NCBI GenBank assembly: GCA_010405405.1
Contig: MU004231.1
Coordinates: forward strand, 3,094,401 to 3,158,400
DNA from: Microthyrium microscopicum
Taxonomy: Eukaryota
Reading direction: 5' to 3'
Length of the DNA stretch: 64,000 nt
Shown here in pieces: positions 1 to 11,521 of the stretch (its first letter is position 1; the number at the start of each line of letters is the position of its first letter). The translations under genes were made by a program, and so were the position numbers. Under the pieces are notes generated by a model that saw nothing but the letters and a program-made list of their open reading frames with translations, searched no databases and was not told the DNA's origin.

Positions 1-4
1 GGTC

Positions 5-1222
5 ATGGAAGAAACCTCCCTCGAAAACTCCATCAGACGCGCCGGCTCATTCCCCGAAGTCGAGGCTGAAATGCCCATTCTTCGGTCTCGAAGACGCGGG
101 AGTATCATCGACAAGATCTCGTCTCTTCTGGGTGAACGGAATCCATGGCAAAAGCCCATTAATCCGCGCGAACATACCATCTGGCTGTTCGACAACACAG
201 CCTACAGAGCGCCCGGCGCGACATCCAGCAAGAACGAATGGCAGGCAGAAGTCGTCGCTGCATACTTTGTTAAAGAGAGCGGCGAAGATAGCTCAGAGGC
301 CGTCGCGAAGATTAGTGAACTGATCGGGTTGGCACCAGACGATGCAAGCCGCAAGAAGGTCGCGCTGCGCTTACAGCCATTCCTGGATTGCGTGTTGCCA
401 GCACACACGGCGCAGTTGGAGATTGATAATCAGACATTCAAACTTGGTCCCAGCTCATCTGAAGGCATCACCACAGATATCATCAAATTCAACTCCAAGG
501 CAAAAGCTGGATCAGCAATCGCTCCACAGCTCGTCGGCATGGCACCACAAGTACCGATGGCCACCTACTTTGCCGAGCCAGAAGGCTGGGCTGTCATTTC
601 GGATGTGGATGATACGATAAAGAAGACGATGACATCTTCGGCGCTGGGCGTGCTTCAGTCGACCTTTGTTGACGATCCAGAACCGATTGCCGGCATGCCA
701 GAGCTGTACCAGCATATACAGAAGAGTTTCAAGAATCCGCCATTTTGGTACCTCACTGCGAGTCCTTACAACCTATACACGTTCATCCGCGAGTTCAAGG
801 CCACGTTCAAGTTTCCTCCCGGTCAATTGATTCTACGAGATGCGTCATGGATGTCACTAGCCGGTCTACTAGCGTCAGTCACGCAGGGAACACAAGCATA
901 CAAAGTTGATCGCATGAAGAAGATACATTCGTGGTTTCCGAAACGCAAGTTCATCTGTATCGGCGACAGCACGCAATCGGACCCTGAGGCATATGGAGAG
1001 ATGTATCGAGCGAATCCTGAATGGGTTAAAGCAATCTTCATCCGCAAAGTCACTGGTGTCGATGTACCGGGCTCGTTTGATGAGGATGAGAAGAATCTGC
1101 CTGCACGATTCGAGAAGGCGTTCAAAGATGTGCCAGCAGAGATATGGTATGTGTTTGAGGATCCGAAGGAAGTGTATGGGAAGTTGGAGGAGCTGAATAA
1201 TTCGAGTTGGAAGCTTTGGTAA
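5..1222 (+). CDS. App1-family Mg2+-dependent phosphatidate phosphatase (APP1 catalytic/DUF2183 domain, HAD-like)
   Basis: 405-aa intronless ORF with the HAD DxDxT motif (VISDVDDTIK), YLTASP, and GDSTQSDPEAY typical of App1 catalytic domains. The start lies at the window edge, so an upstream exon cannot be excluded. Confidence 0.85.
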   Translation: MEETSLENSIRRAGSFPEVEAEMPILRSRRRGSIIDKISSLLGERNPWQKPINPREHTIWLFDNTAYRAPGATSSKNEWQAEVVAAYFVKESGEDSSEAVAKISELIGLAPDDASRKKVALRLQPFLDCVLPAHTAQLEIDNQTFKLGPSSSEGITTDIIKFNSKAKAGSAIAPQLVGMAPQVPMATYFAEPEGWAVISDVDDTIKKTMTSSALGVLQSTFVDDPEPIAGMPELYQHIQKSFKNPPFWYLTASPYNLYTFIREFKATFKFPPGQLILRDASWMSLAGLLASVTQGTQAYKVDRMKKIHSWFPKRKFICIGDSTQSDPEAYGEMYRANPEWVKAIFIRKVTGVDVPGSFDEDEKNLPARFEKAFKDVPAEIWYVFEDPKEVYGKLEELNNSSWKLW

Positions 1223-1772
1223 ACGTTAACGCAGGCATGAATTTGGAGTCTAGGCAGCAACAAATGGCAGGAGATTGGCTCGATTCCTTTACCTGGTGGT
1301 CGGAATTGTATGGTTCATGATGGCGGGCAATTCATTCATCGATGTCCTAGAAATTAATATCAAATAGTTCCTTACTGGGGATACTTGTACAGTGCTTAAA
1401 TGAAAGCCCACAGTCAATAGATCAGGGTTCAAAGTTTAAATGAAGAATATCCTACCCCAGTAACTCACTTGGATGTTTCTTGGGCCATGGCTGAATCAAC
1501 ATAGAGTTTTCCCAACTCCGCATCCCCGATTCTGTCTTGGCTTCAAATGACGAATCGCATGCTGTGTGAAAGTGATATTGATATTTACTTGACACATGTA
1601 AACATGAACCGATGCATTATCATTCTGGTTTTAGATATGCTGAGCCTGATCAACCATATCACTCTCCTCGCAGCTCTCATACAGTTTAGATAGGTTGCCA
1701 GCAAACATTACAACGCTATCTTGTCGGGCATTGTATTTGACATAACCCCGAGATAGACTGGGTCTTGCCTTC

Positions 1773-3512
1773 TCAAAATGCTTCCAATTCAGGAAATGCC
1801 ACCCTAATCAAGCTCGCAAGAACGATCAGGTACATAAGCGTTCTCACCACAAGAGGCATGCACAGTGCTCTAAAGGTCCCGAAAGACATCAGTAGACCCA
1901 ACCAAGTCCCAACAAAGAGACAGACACCCAGAATGATGCCCTTGTAATTCTCGTCCCAGGCCTGCACGGCATGCCAGTTGCGTCTCAGTGATAGTACGCC
2001 CAGCCAAGGTATGCCGTAGAAGATCAGCGCCCATTCAACACCACAAGTCCCCCTGAAATAGAGATGTATCAGCGCTGAAGTTGGGAACCAAGCCAAAAAC
2101 CACAAAAATGTCGAGGCAACGGCATCTTCTGGGTGCAAATGCTTTGAGACACCTTGCTCCAACGCCCAGATATCAGCGTCTGGGTCCCGAGCTTGTACGC
2201 AAATATCCGTCATTAGCTGCATCGACTTGATTGTTAGCTCATGTTTTCGACCAAATTGCGCCGATCTGGCTTTGATTGCTTTGTGACAGGTCTCCTTGGC
2301 GATTTCGGGAGCCGCTGGATTGATCTTGAAGTCTGCGACAGCTCGGAGGTGAATGACCTCGTGGAGTTCATGTGAATCGCTCAGATCCATCGCCTGTTTG
2401 AGATGATGCGTGATATCAAGTGGGACGCTTCGCAACTGGAGGTAAGCATCAATCAAGAGTAGGAGGATCTCGCGCTGCAATCTTTTCTTGCTTGACGCGG
2501 CGTGATTGGTAGTTTGCGTGAAAGACTCTAGAGTCTTCTTCAAATAGGGAATCGCCTGCTTGAGTCGTCCCTTCTGGCAGAGTTCAACAGCATGCTTGTG
2601 TCTTTGTTTGATGATATGCGTGTCAATATCGAAGTTCTTATCTTCCATTTGATCACCGTCCTCGGTAACAGAGGACGCAGGCGTGTAAGTTGTAGATTCT
2701 GGCGGGCTTGTGGAGGTTAAAGGGCTAGTACCTATATGAGCCTGATCTCTCAATCCTTGGGCTGTTTGCTGAAGCCATACGCGGGTGTTTTGAAAGGTGG
2801 AGCCAACAGTGGGTTCTGTGACACTGATGCCACTGCTGAGACTGGTCGAGTATTTAACGATGCCAGCGGCAATCTGGATCAGTTCTTCGCTTCCTTCTGT
2901 AAGCTCAAGAATCTTCACTCGTTCACGAAGGGTGAACTCGGTGAGGTCCCTTGCATTGCTTTTGTCCAGTTTGGAAAGGTCTGAATTGGTGGACTCAAGA
3001 AGTCGGATTCCATCGCCCACTGTCACTGCTAAGCTAGTCGAGCTCTTGAGTAGGTGTCTATCGATTGTGAGCTCACATCTCCAACAGTTTCGAGCATCAG
3101 GTACTTACAATTGTCTCAACTTGATCATCATGCACAAACTCAATGAACAAGTTTTGATCCGGAACACAAGGTGGTGGATTTGTCTGTCGCGCAGTGCCGC
3201 AGAAAAGGAGATATTGTTGTGTTGGGCTAATCCGCGTTCCCACCCGAGTATAGCTTGCAGTTGAGTTATTGCTTCGGAAGTGATGGTCAAGACCTTCTCG
3301 ATTGCTCGATTCCCCACCAAACCAATGGGACCTCCAGTTGCTGTTAGGTTGCTAAGCTCTGTTTCCACCAGATTGAGCGACAAACCCAGATGGTCCAGTC
3401 TTGTGGGAACATCATGGCCAGTTTGATGAACCTGCTGGACTGCTTCCCAGTGCTCTTTGACAATGGCTATGGCAGGCTTGACCAGGGATATCAAGGTGAG
3501 GTAGTGAGGCAT
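1773..3512 (-). CDS. Two-exon protein (~560 aa): N-terminal helical fungal N-terminal/HeLo-like domain, TPR-like repeats, C-terminal hydrophobic (TM) helices
   Basis: ORFs 3105..3512 and 1773..3026 join in frame through intron 3108..3058 (GTAAGT donor, GCTCAC branch, TAG acceptor), giving ...LRQL-HLLKSSTSLAVTVGDG. TPR-like segments: AVELCQKGRLKQAIPYLKKTL and KAIKARSAQFGRKHELTIKSMQLM. About 4 hydrophobic segments at the C-terminus. Confidence 0.6.
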
Positions 3513-5166
3513 CGCGTCATGTATGGTAGAACGTCCAACGGGAGGCTGTTTACAATGATATGTAGTGGTGAAATGAAGGAGATGAAGCAGTCGAAGATTG
3601 ATTCCTTACAAAAGGTCGCGAAGAAGTAAGAAGTAAGCAGTAATAGATGAGATGAAGTTGAAATTGGCTCTAGGCTCCAGCGATGCTAGAGTCTCAATGG
3701 GGCAGGCGCGATACATCGAGGCTCCTAACGCTACTGCCTTACCTTGCTGGCTCCTAGTTGTACTTGCCTCACATGCAAGTAGAATCTTCATAGCGTCCCG
3801 AACCTATTGGGAAAGCGCAACGGGTGGTTCCCCTGATCCTGGAAAGGGGTAATGTTTGTCAATAATCGACTTTACTTCATGTCAATCGGGGTAATTGTTT
3901 ATACATGGGAGAATTGGAGTTAAGTAGCTGTGAACATCAGTCGTGATCGATATCGAAGATGATAATATTCATGATCTGACCTGCAGCCGGCTGATGAAAC
4001 GAATATATGGCACTCTCCCAGCGAGTGCGATGTCTACCACCGCATGTTAAGTATAGCACAGTCTGTCATTCCCATCGTAATCGATATTTCACCATTACAT
4101 TTGCGCACTCGATGGGAAGTAGAGCCGATGATAGACGAACGTAGCGGATGGGAGCCATAGAATCTGATGGGAGCGCACCGTCTATTTTGTCGACCGGTTG
4201 AAGTACATCGAAGTGGTTATCGGCCTCGAGGTATGAGACTCCACATTAAATAAACGTCGGGAGGACCTTGTCGGTCATTTATAGCTGTGAGTTATCTTTT
4301 AAGCCGGGTCGAGTAGCCTCTACAAGATGAGGATTTTTCCGAGCGAATACTGTTTGTGCGCCCTTTCAGGCTGGGCTAGAGCGCTTCATCTTCCACCAGG
4401 AACATGGCTGATGGGATTCATTTTCATTCCTTTGAATCACCCCAAGAAAATGGCTTGGTCGCCATCGTCGTTGGTTGATTCTGTAGATAGTCGATGATGT
4501 TGGAGCTCGAAGGGTTCAGAATAAGCATCAGGGATGCTACCACAATAAGCCGGTGCTACCTGTTATGAATGGCGGAGATCTTCCCCAGGATATCTTCACA
4601 ACCTGGATCTACTTGATTGAAAGTATAGTGCTTTGTAGTTTGTAAGATGATTTGCTGGTAGCGTAACGCGCGGACGGGACAACTGACATGCTCATTCTGC
4701 AACAACCATGGTGCATGATAGCGAACTCATACTAAATCCGCAGCGGACGATAGGGATAGCAATTGATGGTAGAGCGACAGTGGTTTTGTCTCCCCGTTTG
4801 CAACTGAAAGCGCAACATCTCGTTATCTATGAGATGCTTGCACAGTGTGACTGTTGACAGCGCGAACGAATGCAGAACATAGCTAGAAAAAGCATCTTAG
4901 AGTCATGGATGTCATTACGCATCCCCGACCTCCTCAACCTAAGTGGGACATTCAACCGTGCACATCTTATCCGGGACAATGGCGTTCGTCACCTCTCTGT
5001 GCTCGCTAATTTCTATCCTCTAATCTTCTCGTCTTATTGCTAGTAATTGAATTTATTCCTATCCATATCTCTTTTGTGTTTTCGTGGATGTAGTTGTCCA
5101 AGTTCTTCCCTCTCCCACGACTGCGACGATCGCACGCCTCCGCAGCCCCTCACGAATGGCGCCAGG

Positions 5167-6681
5167 ATGCGCCGAGTCCTTGGTCGAGTCCTTCAGGTCG
5201 CGCTCCTAGTCTTGGCTTTCTGCGGCATCATACTGCTCCTACGCTCGAAGGAATCGTTTCGTATAAACACAACCTCATCAAAGTCCTCGCCTTCAGAGGA
5301 TGAACGGCTACAGGATATGCGCGTTTGGTGGGCGCGCTACGAACGTGCGATGCTTGATGCTCGTCCGAACGCAAACCCGATTGAGCTATCGTCGGGAGGT
5401 GCGCAGACGGTGAGCGTGGAAGGCGATATTTTCAGGACTGATAGCATGAATTTTGTCAGGAACGAGGGTGTCGTGGAGGAGCTGAAGAGAGCACAAGCAC
5501 AATTTCGTGGTATCCTCGATCAAACATTTGCCGGCAATGGGCGGCCCATTGATCATTCCATATTGAAGCTGTTCAATGGCCAAGGAGTGGTGACTGTGGC
5601 AGGAGGAGAATACTATGGCCCTGCAATGGTGGGTATCTTAATGCTCCGAAAGCTGGGGTCGAATTTACCCGTTGAGGTGTTCGTGGAGAACAAAAAGAGT
5701 GGGGAATATGAGAAGGAAATATGCGAAACCATCCTACCCTCGATGAATGCGCGGTGTGTGGTTTTGACACAATTTCTTGGTTCGTCGTCCAGGTTTGGAT
5801 CTGGAATCAAAGTTACGCATTATCAACTCAAGAGTTTGGCCATGTTGTTTTCATCTTTCAAAGACGTCTTGTATCTGGATTCCGACAGCATTCCTCTGGT
5901 GGACCCCAAAGTGGAACTGTTCACAAAGGAACCATACCTCTCGACTGGTTTTGTAGGATGGCCCGATTTTTGGAAAGCTTCCGAGTCGCCTCTATTCTAT
6001 AAAATTGCCGGACTGGATGGCATGCCCAAAAATCTTCCAGCATCCTCATCCGAGGCAGGACAGTTGATGCTTGATAAGAGCAAGCATCTCAAAACGCTTC
6101 TTCTCGCCATTTACTATAACGTGATGGGTCCAGAATGGTATTACCCACTACTCAGCCAAGGGGCGTTGGGACAAGGTGATAAAAACACATTCGAGAGTGC
6201 GGCAACCGTCCTCGGTCTACCATGGTACCGCGTTCGATCGGAGGTTCACACACTCGGTCGGCAAGACGCTGGCGAGCTACGAGGGAGTGCCATGATCCAG
6301 TATCATCCAGGAGACGACATGAAGCGTCATGGCGAGAGCACCACCGCAGCCAAAGCGACAGCTGTCAAAACGTTCACTGGGCTCGGTCCACAGCAGAAAG
6401 TGCGACCTGCTTTTATACATGCCAACACGCCAAAGATGAACGCTGGGCATCTTGTTGACGAGGGTGATTTGCAAGACAAGGCCTCTGCACAGCATATACG
6501 ACTATGGGGTACCCACGAGCAACAGATGGAAATATTCGGGAAAGATGTGGAGAAGGTGACGTTCCAGTATGTTGTTGAGACTGGGTGTAAATACGTCAGG
6601 ATGCTGAAAGACTGGAAACATAGAGGCGATATATGCGCCAAGTTGATGGAACATTATCGTATTGTCTTTTACGAGTCTTAA
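5167..6681 (+). CDS. Alpha-1,2-mannosyltransferase, glycosyltransferase family 71 (MNN2/MNN5-like), type II Golgi membrane protein
   Basis: N-terminal anchor MRRVLGRVLQVALLVLAFCGIILLL. Motifs GVVTVAGG, LRKLGSNLPVEVF, YQLKSLAMLFSSFKDVLYLDSD (DxD), WPDFW, SEAGQL, QGALGQGDKNTF. First ATG is at 5167 (the track start at 5047 is non-ATG). Confidence 0.9.
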   Translation: MRRVLGRVLQVALLVLAFCGIILLLRSKESFRINTTSSKSSPSEDERLQDMRVWWARYERAMLDARPNANPIELSSGGAQTVSVEGDIFRTDSMNFVRNEGVVEELKRAQAQFRGILDQTFAGNGRPIDHSILKLFNGQGVVTVAGGEYYGPAMVGILMLRKLGSNLPVEVFVENKKSGEYEKEICETILPSMNARCVVLTQFLGSSSRFGSGIKVTHYQLKSLAMLFSSFKDVLYLDSDSIPLVDPKVELFTKEPYLSTGFVGWPDFWKASESPLFYKIAGLDGMPKNLPASSSEAGQLMLDKSKHLKTLLLAIYYNVMGPEWYYPLLSQGALGQGDKNTFESAATVLGLPWYRVRSEVHTLGRQDAGELRGSAMIQYHPGDDMKRHGESTTAAKATAVKTFTGLGPQQKVRPAFIHANTPKMNAGHLVDEGDLQDKASAQHIRLWGTHEQQMEIFGKDVEKVTFQYVVETGCKYVRMLKDWKHRGDICAKLMEHYRIVFYES

Positions 6682-7085
6682 TGATTGAAGTTTTGGTGGC
6701 TTCTGTTTGCTCATCATGACGGTAATGTAGTTTCATGATGATACCTTTGATTCTCGCACTTCTAGCGGACGTACATAGCAACATTAATTATACCGCACAT
6801 GCTCCCGACATAGCTTCGGAGTTATTCTATTCCTACACCATGTACGCTGGGAGCGCAACGAGCATGGGAATGCTTGATGATCAGCAATGGGCACATTCCG
6901 GATAGTAGCAAAATCTATAGGATTTCTGAGAAGGTAGAATATCTACAGCTTAAGGTAAATACTTGTATTAACGAGAAGTGATTGAAGAATCAGTATTGCG
7001 AGTGCCAGGCAACCACCGCTGAGCTGTGTTGGAGGACCACTTCAATGTTCTCAGCCTTGTCACAGCCTTGAAAGCTCGATGGCTA

Positions 7086-7321
7086 CACCCCTTCTCATAA
7101 TGTGCCGTCCACTGAGACCCTCCCCCCCCTTATCAAATTCGCAGATTTGCTAGGATTCTACCAATCATAGGTAGAATAGACATAGCAAAAGTCTGGTATC
7201 ATCCATTTAGCGTTCCAAAGACTTTGATTTTTAAGCTATTTTGACTGTGATTGGCTGGTTCTGCTCAAAACCAAGCTGAGGGGGGAGGGTCTCAGTGGAC
7301 GGCACATTATGAGAAGGGGTG
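7086..7321. mobile_element. MITE (non-autonomous Tc1/mariner-type DNA transposon), 236 bp
   Basis: Perfect 42-bp terminal inverted repeats (7086-7127 CACCCCTTCTCATAATGTGCCGTCCACTGAGACCCTCCCCCC and 7280-7321), flanked by TA at 7084-7085 and 7322-7323. No coding capacity. Confidence 0.85.
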
Positions 7322-9687
7322 TAGCATGATATATTGGTGGCAAATTCAATGCTAAGATATCGTTGGCTCGAAGCCGAAGCTTGCAGGATCAACTCGTTTT
7401 TGGAGCAATGAACTTCCCCGAACTCCTCCATTTAAGCTGCAAGGCAATGCCTGTCATACATCAAGCATTTTCAGCCTATGGAGGCCGTGACTGTAGCCGA
7501 ATCATGGTATGGTCATCACAATAGCAAAAGAATCAAACCCAGAACACCGGATTCTTTCAGCTCATCAATCGTGGCTGAATGTTCCTTCTATTATCTCTGC
7601 CTCGGGTGAGCACTGTAGCACTACTTTGGAGGCCTATGTGGCGATCAAAATGCTACTTCTCATCAAAGCACAATTCAGCGTTAAGCCCGTCTTGCTTTTT
7701 CGCCATATACTCTGCAGGTCCTGGATTAGTGAAACTTAAAAAATGGCTGGAATGAGTTGATCGAAGTAGCCACAGCCTCCAATTTGCCTTCGTCACCATC
7801 CGCCAACCGTGAGATGAAGTATGGAGCATAAGTGGGCGGAGCAATTAGGCTTATCAAATACCCAGTAAGACTGGGCCGCCCATCGTATTCGTTTGATCAG
7901 AATGTCAACATCAATTGCTGCTGTGAAATTCAGCATGACACTTCTGTGGGCCAATCAATACTACCGATTATTCTCGAAATTTAGTTGATTACAATTGACA
8001 CTGTGGAGGCAGAGTTTGACACTTGTGAATCAAGACGACTTTGCCCAACGCTCTTTTAAATTCCATGGCCTCCCGGAATTGAAACAGGTGGTGGGTAGAG
8101 TAAAGCAGTCGATAGGAAGCCAAGTAGATGGAATACATCGTAGTTGGTGGGAGACATCGCAGCTAATGGGAGTACTTTGGACCTTGGTTGAATGGTACAT
8201 GACAGCTCTGGCTACCGTACTGCATTTCGCCTCATGGTTCATGAAATGCTTCCTGAATTTCGAACTTCAACGATCGAAAAGCTTGAAATCTGCTCCAGGG
8301 CGCTTGGCCAGGCTCAGTATGGCGTGGAAGCAGACCCTGTAAGAGCGAAATCATCCGACTTCCTTGCCAGCCATAACATGGGAAATATTGAGCACTCATC
8401 TGCCTCGTCTTCCTGATCACGCGCGGCATACTTCCAATAGACCGGTATTGGCCAAGTTTGAGGGTGTACAGCTGTAGAGGTCCATTACAACACGACATGT
8501 TTCTTCTCCACCTGCATTAGGTGCCGCCTGTAAGTTACAGTTTCTGCTGCGAACACTGAAAAGAAGGTTCGCGCATCGTGGCTACGAGGATGAGACTGGT
8601 GTAACTCAAGTTCATGAGACGGCATTGCAGCGGGTCAAGCCGCGTACCGAGCCAATCAGATCCATGAATGGCATTCCATGCTACGATACCAGCAGTTGAT
8701 CATAGCGTTCATTTCATAGCCTTTGCCGTGCCGCTGCAAAGTCCCGCCTTTGGTTTAGCGGCAATCCTCCCTCCCTCAAATTCCTCCAGCCTCCCAGCTC
8801 ATTGCCAAAGAGTGCCACACCTTGTCTGATGCATGCGAATCACTGATCCAAACTTCGCCGCATCTGGCTCGCTGTTGACTGAGTGGTATGATTAGACGCT
8901 GGCCTTGAAGAGTCTGGCATGACAGGCAGTAAGGAGGCAAATCACCGCACTTTGGTCCTTGCGGCCTCCTCAAGTAGGCGAAGTTTCGGTCAGCAATAGT
9001 CTCCATCGTGAAGGCTAGGTACTAATGTAATGTAGGATCGACCAATGCCCCAGTGTGGCTGGAGCAGTGGAGAAGGACAAGGCTGAAGTGCAGGCTACGA
9101 TTGAGCATTCATAAGGCTCGTGAGAATCGTCTTCATTGGATCTTCATTGGATGACGACTTCTTTAGCAACTCGCAAATCATTCAAAATGGAAAGATCTTT
9201 TCTCTATTCTACCTGATGCGTTTCCCTGACTATACAAATCAAAGTTTTCCTTTCCGTTCAAGTGTTGTTTGTCCCTGTTGACCTGCAGCTGAAGAGCGTG
9301 GTCGATGGTCTCAGATCATTGTCACCTGGTTTATCCATCCACTCAACCAATAACGACGCATGCGAGTACGCCTGTCTGCATGATACTATCAGTTCAAACT
9401 ACCTAGGAGCTGCTATTTCGAACTAAAATACACTTGGACACCATTACCAGCATACCAAGCATCACTTCACACCAACTACTACTTCCTTCTTGGATTGCCT
9501 CATCTGGACCTCAGAAAGCTTCCATACTACCATGTCGCCTTAGAGTTGGCATTGGTAGTGATAACATTATCATTTCAAACAACTACTTTGGAAAACAAGA
9601 AGTTGGCCTCAACCTCTCCCAATCGTCACTGAACGTTATACGACCCTACTCGAACCGGAATCCTCCTGTCACCTTACTGGAGCGACC

Positions 9688-11256
9688 ATGTGTCTATACG
9701 TCACTAAGAAATATGTCCATAGAGACGGGCGTACTGAGATTGTACCCGAGTTGGTCCACTGTCGCCATAGTAATGGCAGAGAGCCATGTTCTAACCTATC
9801 AAGGCGCGAGCAAATCATACAGGTCGGTTCCTCATCAAGCTCGCCGGGCTTGACTCCACACGATGGCATGTCTACCGTCTCCTCGAGCATGCCCGCGACT
9901 CCCATCTCCACCACATCTGGTGGCCTTCCCGCTTTTGGCCTGCACAAAGGCACTTATGGTGGGAACGCAAATTATGAAGATAGATCACCTTCCAAAAGCC
10001 CTACGAGGACGAATAGACGGTTCAGGCTGTTTCTAGACTCCGAGTCTAGGTCGCCGCGCGGTACAAGGCCGCCGGCTCCTAGACCAGTTGTCACACAGGC
10101 GCAGCCGCCGTCGCCATCTTCGCCTTTGGGCTACGGAAGAACCGCGCGTTTGCCAGAACGTACTCGAACCGACCATCGACGTGTACGATCGGATTCAGAT
10201 TTCGGTGACTCTTTGCTCACTGCTCGCCCTCATACCGCGGAAGATCGCGCGACCGAGATCGTCGATCGAGCAAATGCTCGTGACCAGCTAAGAAGAGAGA
10301 ACCGCGAGAGATTGCGGGAAGAAGCTGATATTAGGCGGCAACGGGAAGAGTTGGATAGGCAGACAGCGGAACGGATCCATAAAGATCAACGGCGAGAGAA
10401 GGAGGAAAAGCTGCTCGATGAGCAAGAGCAAAGGACGGCAGAACGGTTGCGTGCGCGGGAGCAACTAAGAGAAGAAGCGGCAAGGCGCCGTGAGCAAGAA
10501 GATCGGGCGAAACAAGACCGAGAGCAGCGAGACCGAATGCGAGCCAGACAAGCCGAGGAAGATGCCCGCAAAGAAGAGCGAGAACGACAAGAAGTAGCTG
10601 AGCGGGAGCAGGTGGACCGGCTAAGAAGACAGATTCGTGAAGGCCGTGAGCGAGAAGAGCGTGAGCGGCGAGAACAACAAGAAGCGAGAGACCAACGACA
10701 ACGGGATTTACGAACACGTCAAACTCGTAGTCGCCAAGCTGAACAAGAAATAAATGAGCAGGCAAGGATAACTGATGAGCGACAACGACATGACCTACGG
10801 GTTCAAATCGAGGCTCGTGAGCGCCACTTACAGGAGGCAGAAGCACGTCTATTGCGCCGAAGACAAGAAGAGAATGCCAGACAGGAGGAACTGTGCCAGG
10901 CTCAGCGAGATTTCGAAGAGCTAGATCGTCGGATTCGAGCAAGTGAAGCTCGAGCCGGAGAAACACTTAATCGACTTGATGGCCCTCGCTTTGGTGAAAG
11001 ACGAAACCTCACCGCCACTCAATCACCATACCTCGACGCGCTCTTCCAACCACCACTACCCCTAGACGATGCCGAATACCGACGGCGGCGAGGAGAGCAA
11101 GTGTTGGAGCGTGCTAGGCAGCAAGCCGAGACTTGGGATAATGATGAGGAGTTTGGCGCTTATCGTGTACCGCTGATACGTCGAAATACAACCACTGGCG
11201 GTGACAGATCGCGAGAGACGAATTATAGAAATATGCGTCGAAGATACCCCAGTTGA
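9688..11256 (+). CDS. Hypothetical protein with long Arg/Glu/Gln-rich charged helix or coiled coil
   Basis: 522-aa intronless ORF. Short Cys-containing N-terminus, Ser/Pro-rich linker, ~230 aa of alternating E/R runs. No recognisable catalytic motif. Confidence 0.75.
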   Translation: MCLYVTKKYVHRDGRTEIVPELVHCRHSNGREPCSNLSRREQIIQVGSSSSSPGLTPHDGMSTVSSSMPATPISTTSGGLPAFGLHKGTYGGNANYEDRSPSKSPTRTNRRFRLFLDSESRSPRGTRPPAPRPVVTQAQPPSPSSPLGYGRTARLPERTRTDHRRVRSDSDFGDSLLTARPHTAEDRATEIVDRANARDQLRRENRERLREEADIRRQREELDRQTAERIHKDQRREKEEKLLDEQEQRTAERLRAREQLREEAARRREQEDRAKQDREQRDRMRARQAEEDARKEERERQEVAEREQVDRLRRQIREGREREERERREQQEARDQRQRDLRTRQTRSRQAEQEINEQARITDERQRHDLRVQIEARERHLQEAEARLLRRRQEENARQEELCQAQRDFEELDRRIRASEARAGETLNRLDGPRFGERRNLTATQSPYLDALFQPPLPLDDAEYRRRRGEQVLERARQQAETWDNDEEFGAYRVPLIRRNTTTGGDRSRETNYRNMRRRYPS

Positions 11257-11521
11257 ATTATACGTTATGGAGTTCGCAATGGATGGCAAGGCGTCGTTAT
11301 ATCACATTGGTTCGGTCCCTGGCTCCTTATCAGGCATATACAATACCATTTCGTTCAACCCTAGCTTCTCCCGTGTTGGGGTCTGAGATCGATTTTACCA
11401 TTTTGTGATGAAATGCTCATTGCAGTAGCAGTAGCTGTTTGACAACGTACAGAAGAATTACTTGGCTGTTATCCCAACGGTCAACCTAAAAGTTCAGCCT
11501 TATGCGTATAGGCAAACTAAA

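Noticed and set aside
7995..9006. Short ORFs as a gene
   Set aside because: Overlapping fragments without recognisable motifs or convincing splice signals; a decayed gene cannot be excluded.
10331..10966. 211-aa Leu-rich minus-strand ORF
   Set aside because: Antisense shadow of the E/R-rich coding sequence 9688..11256.
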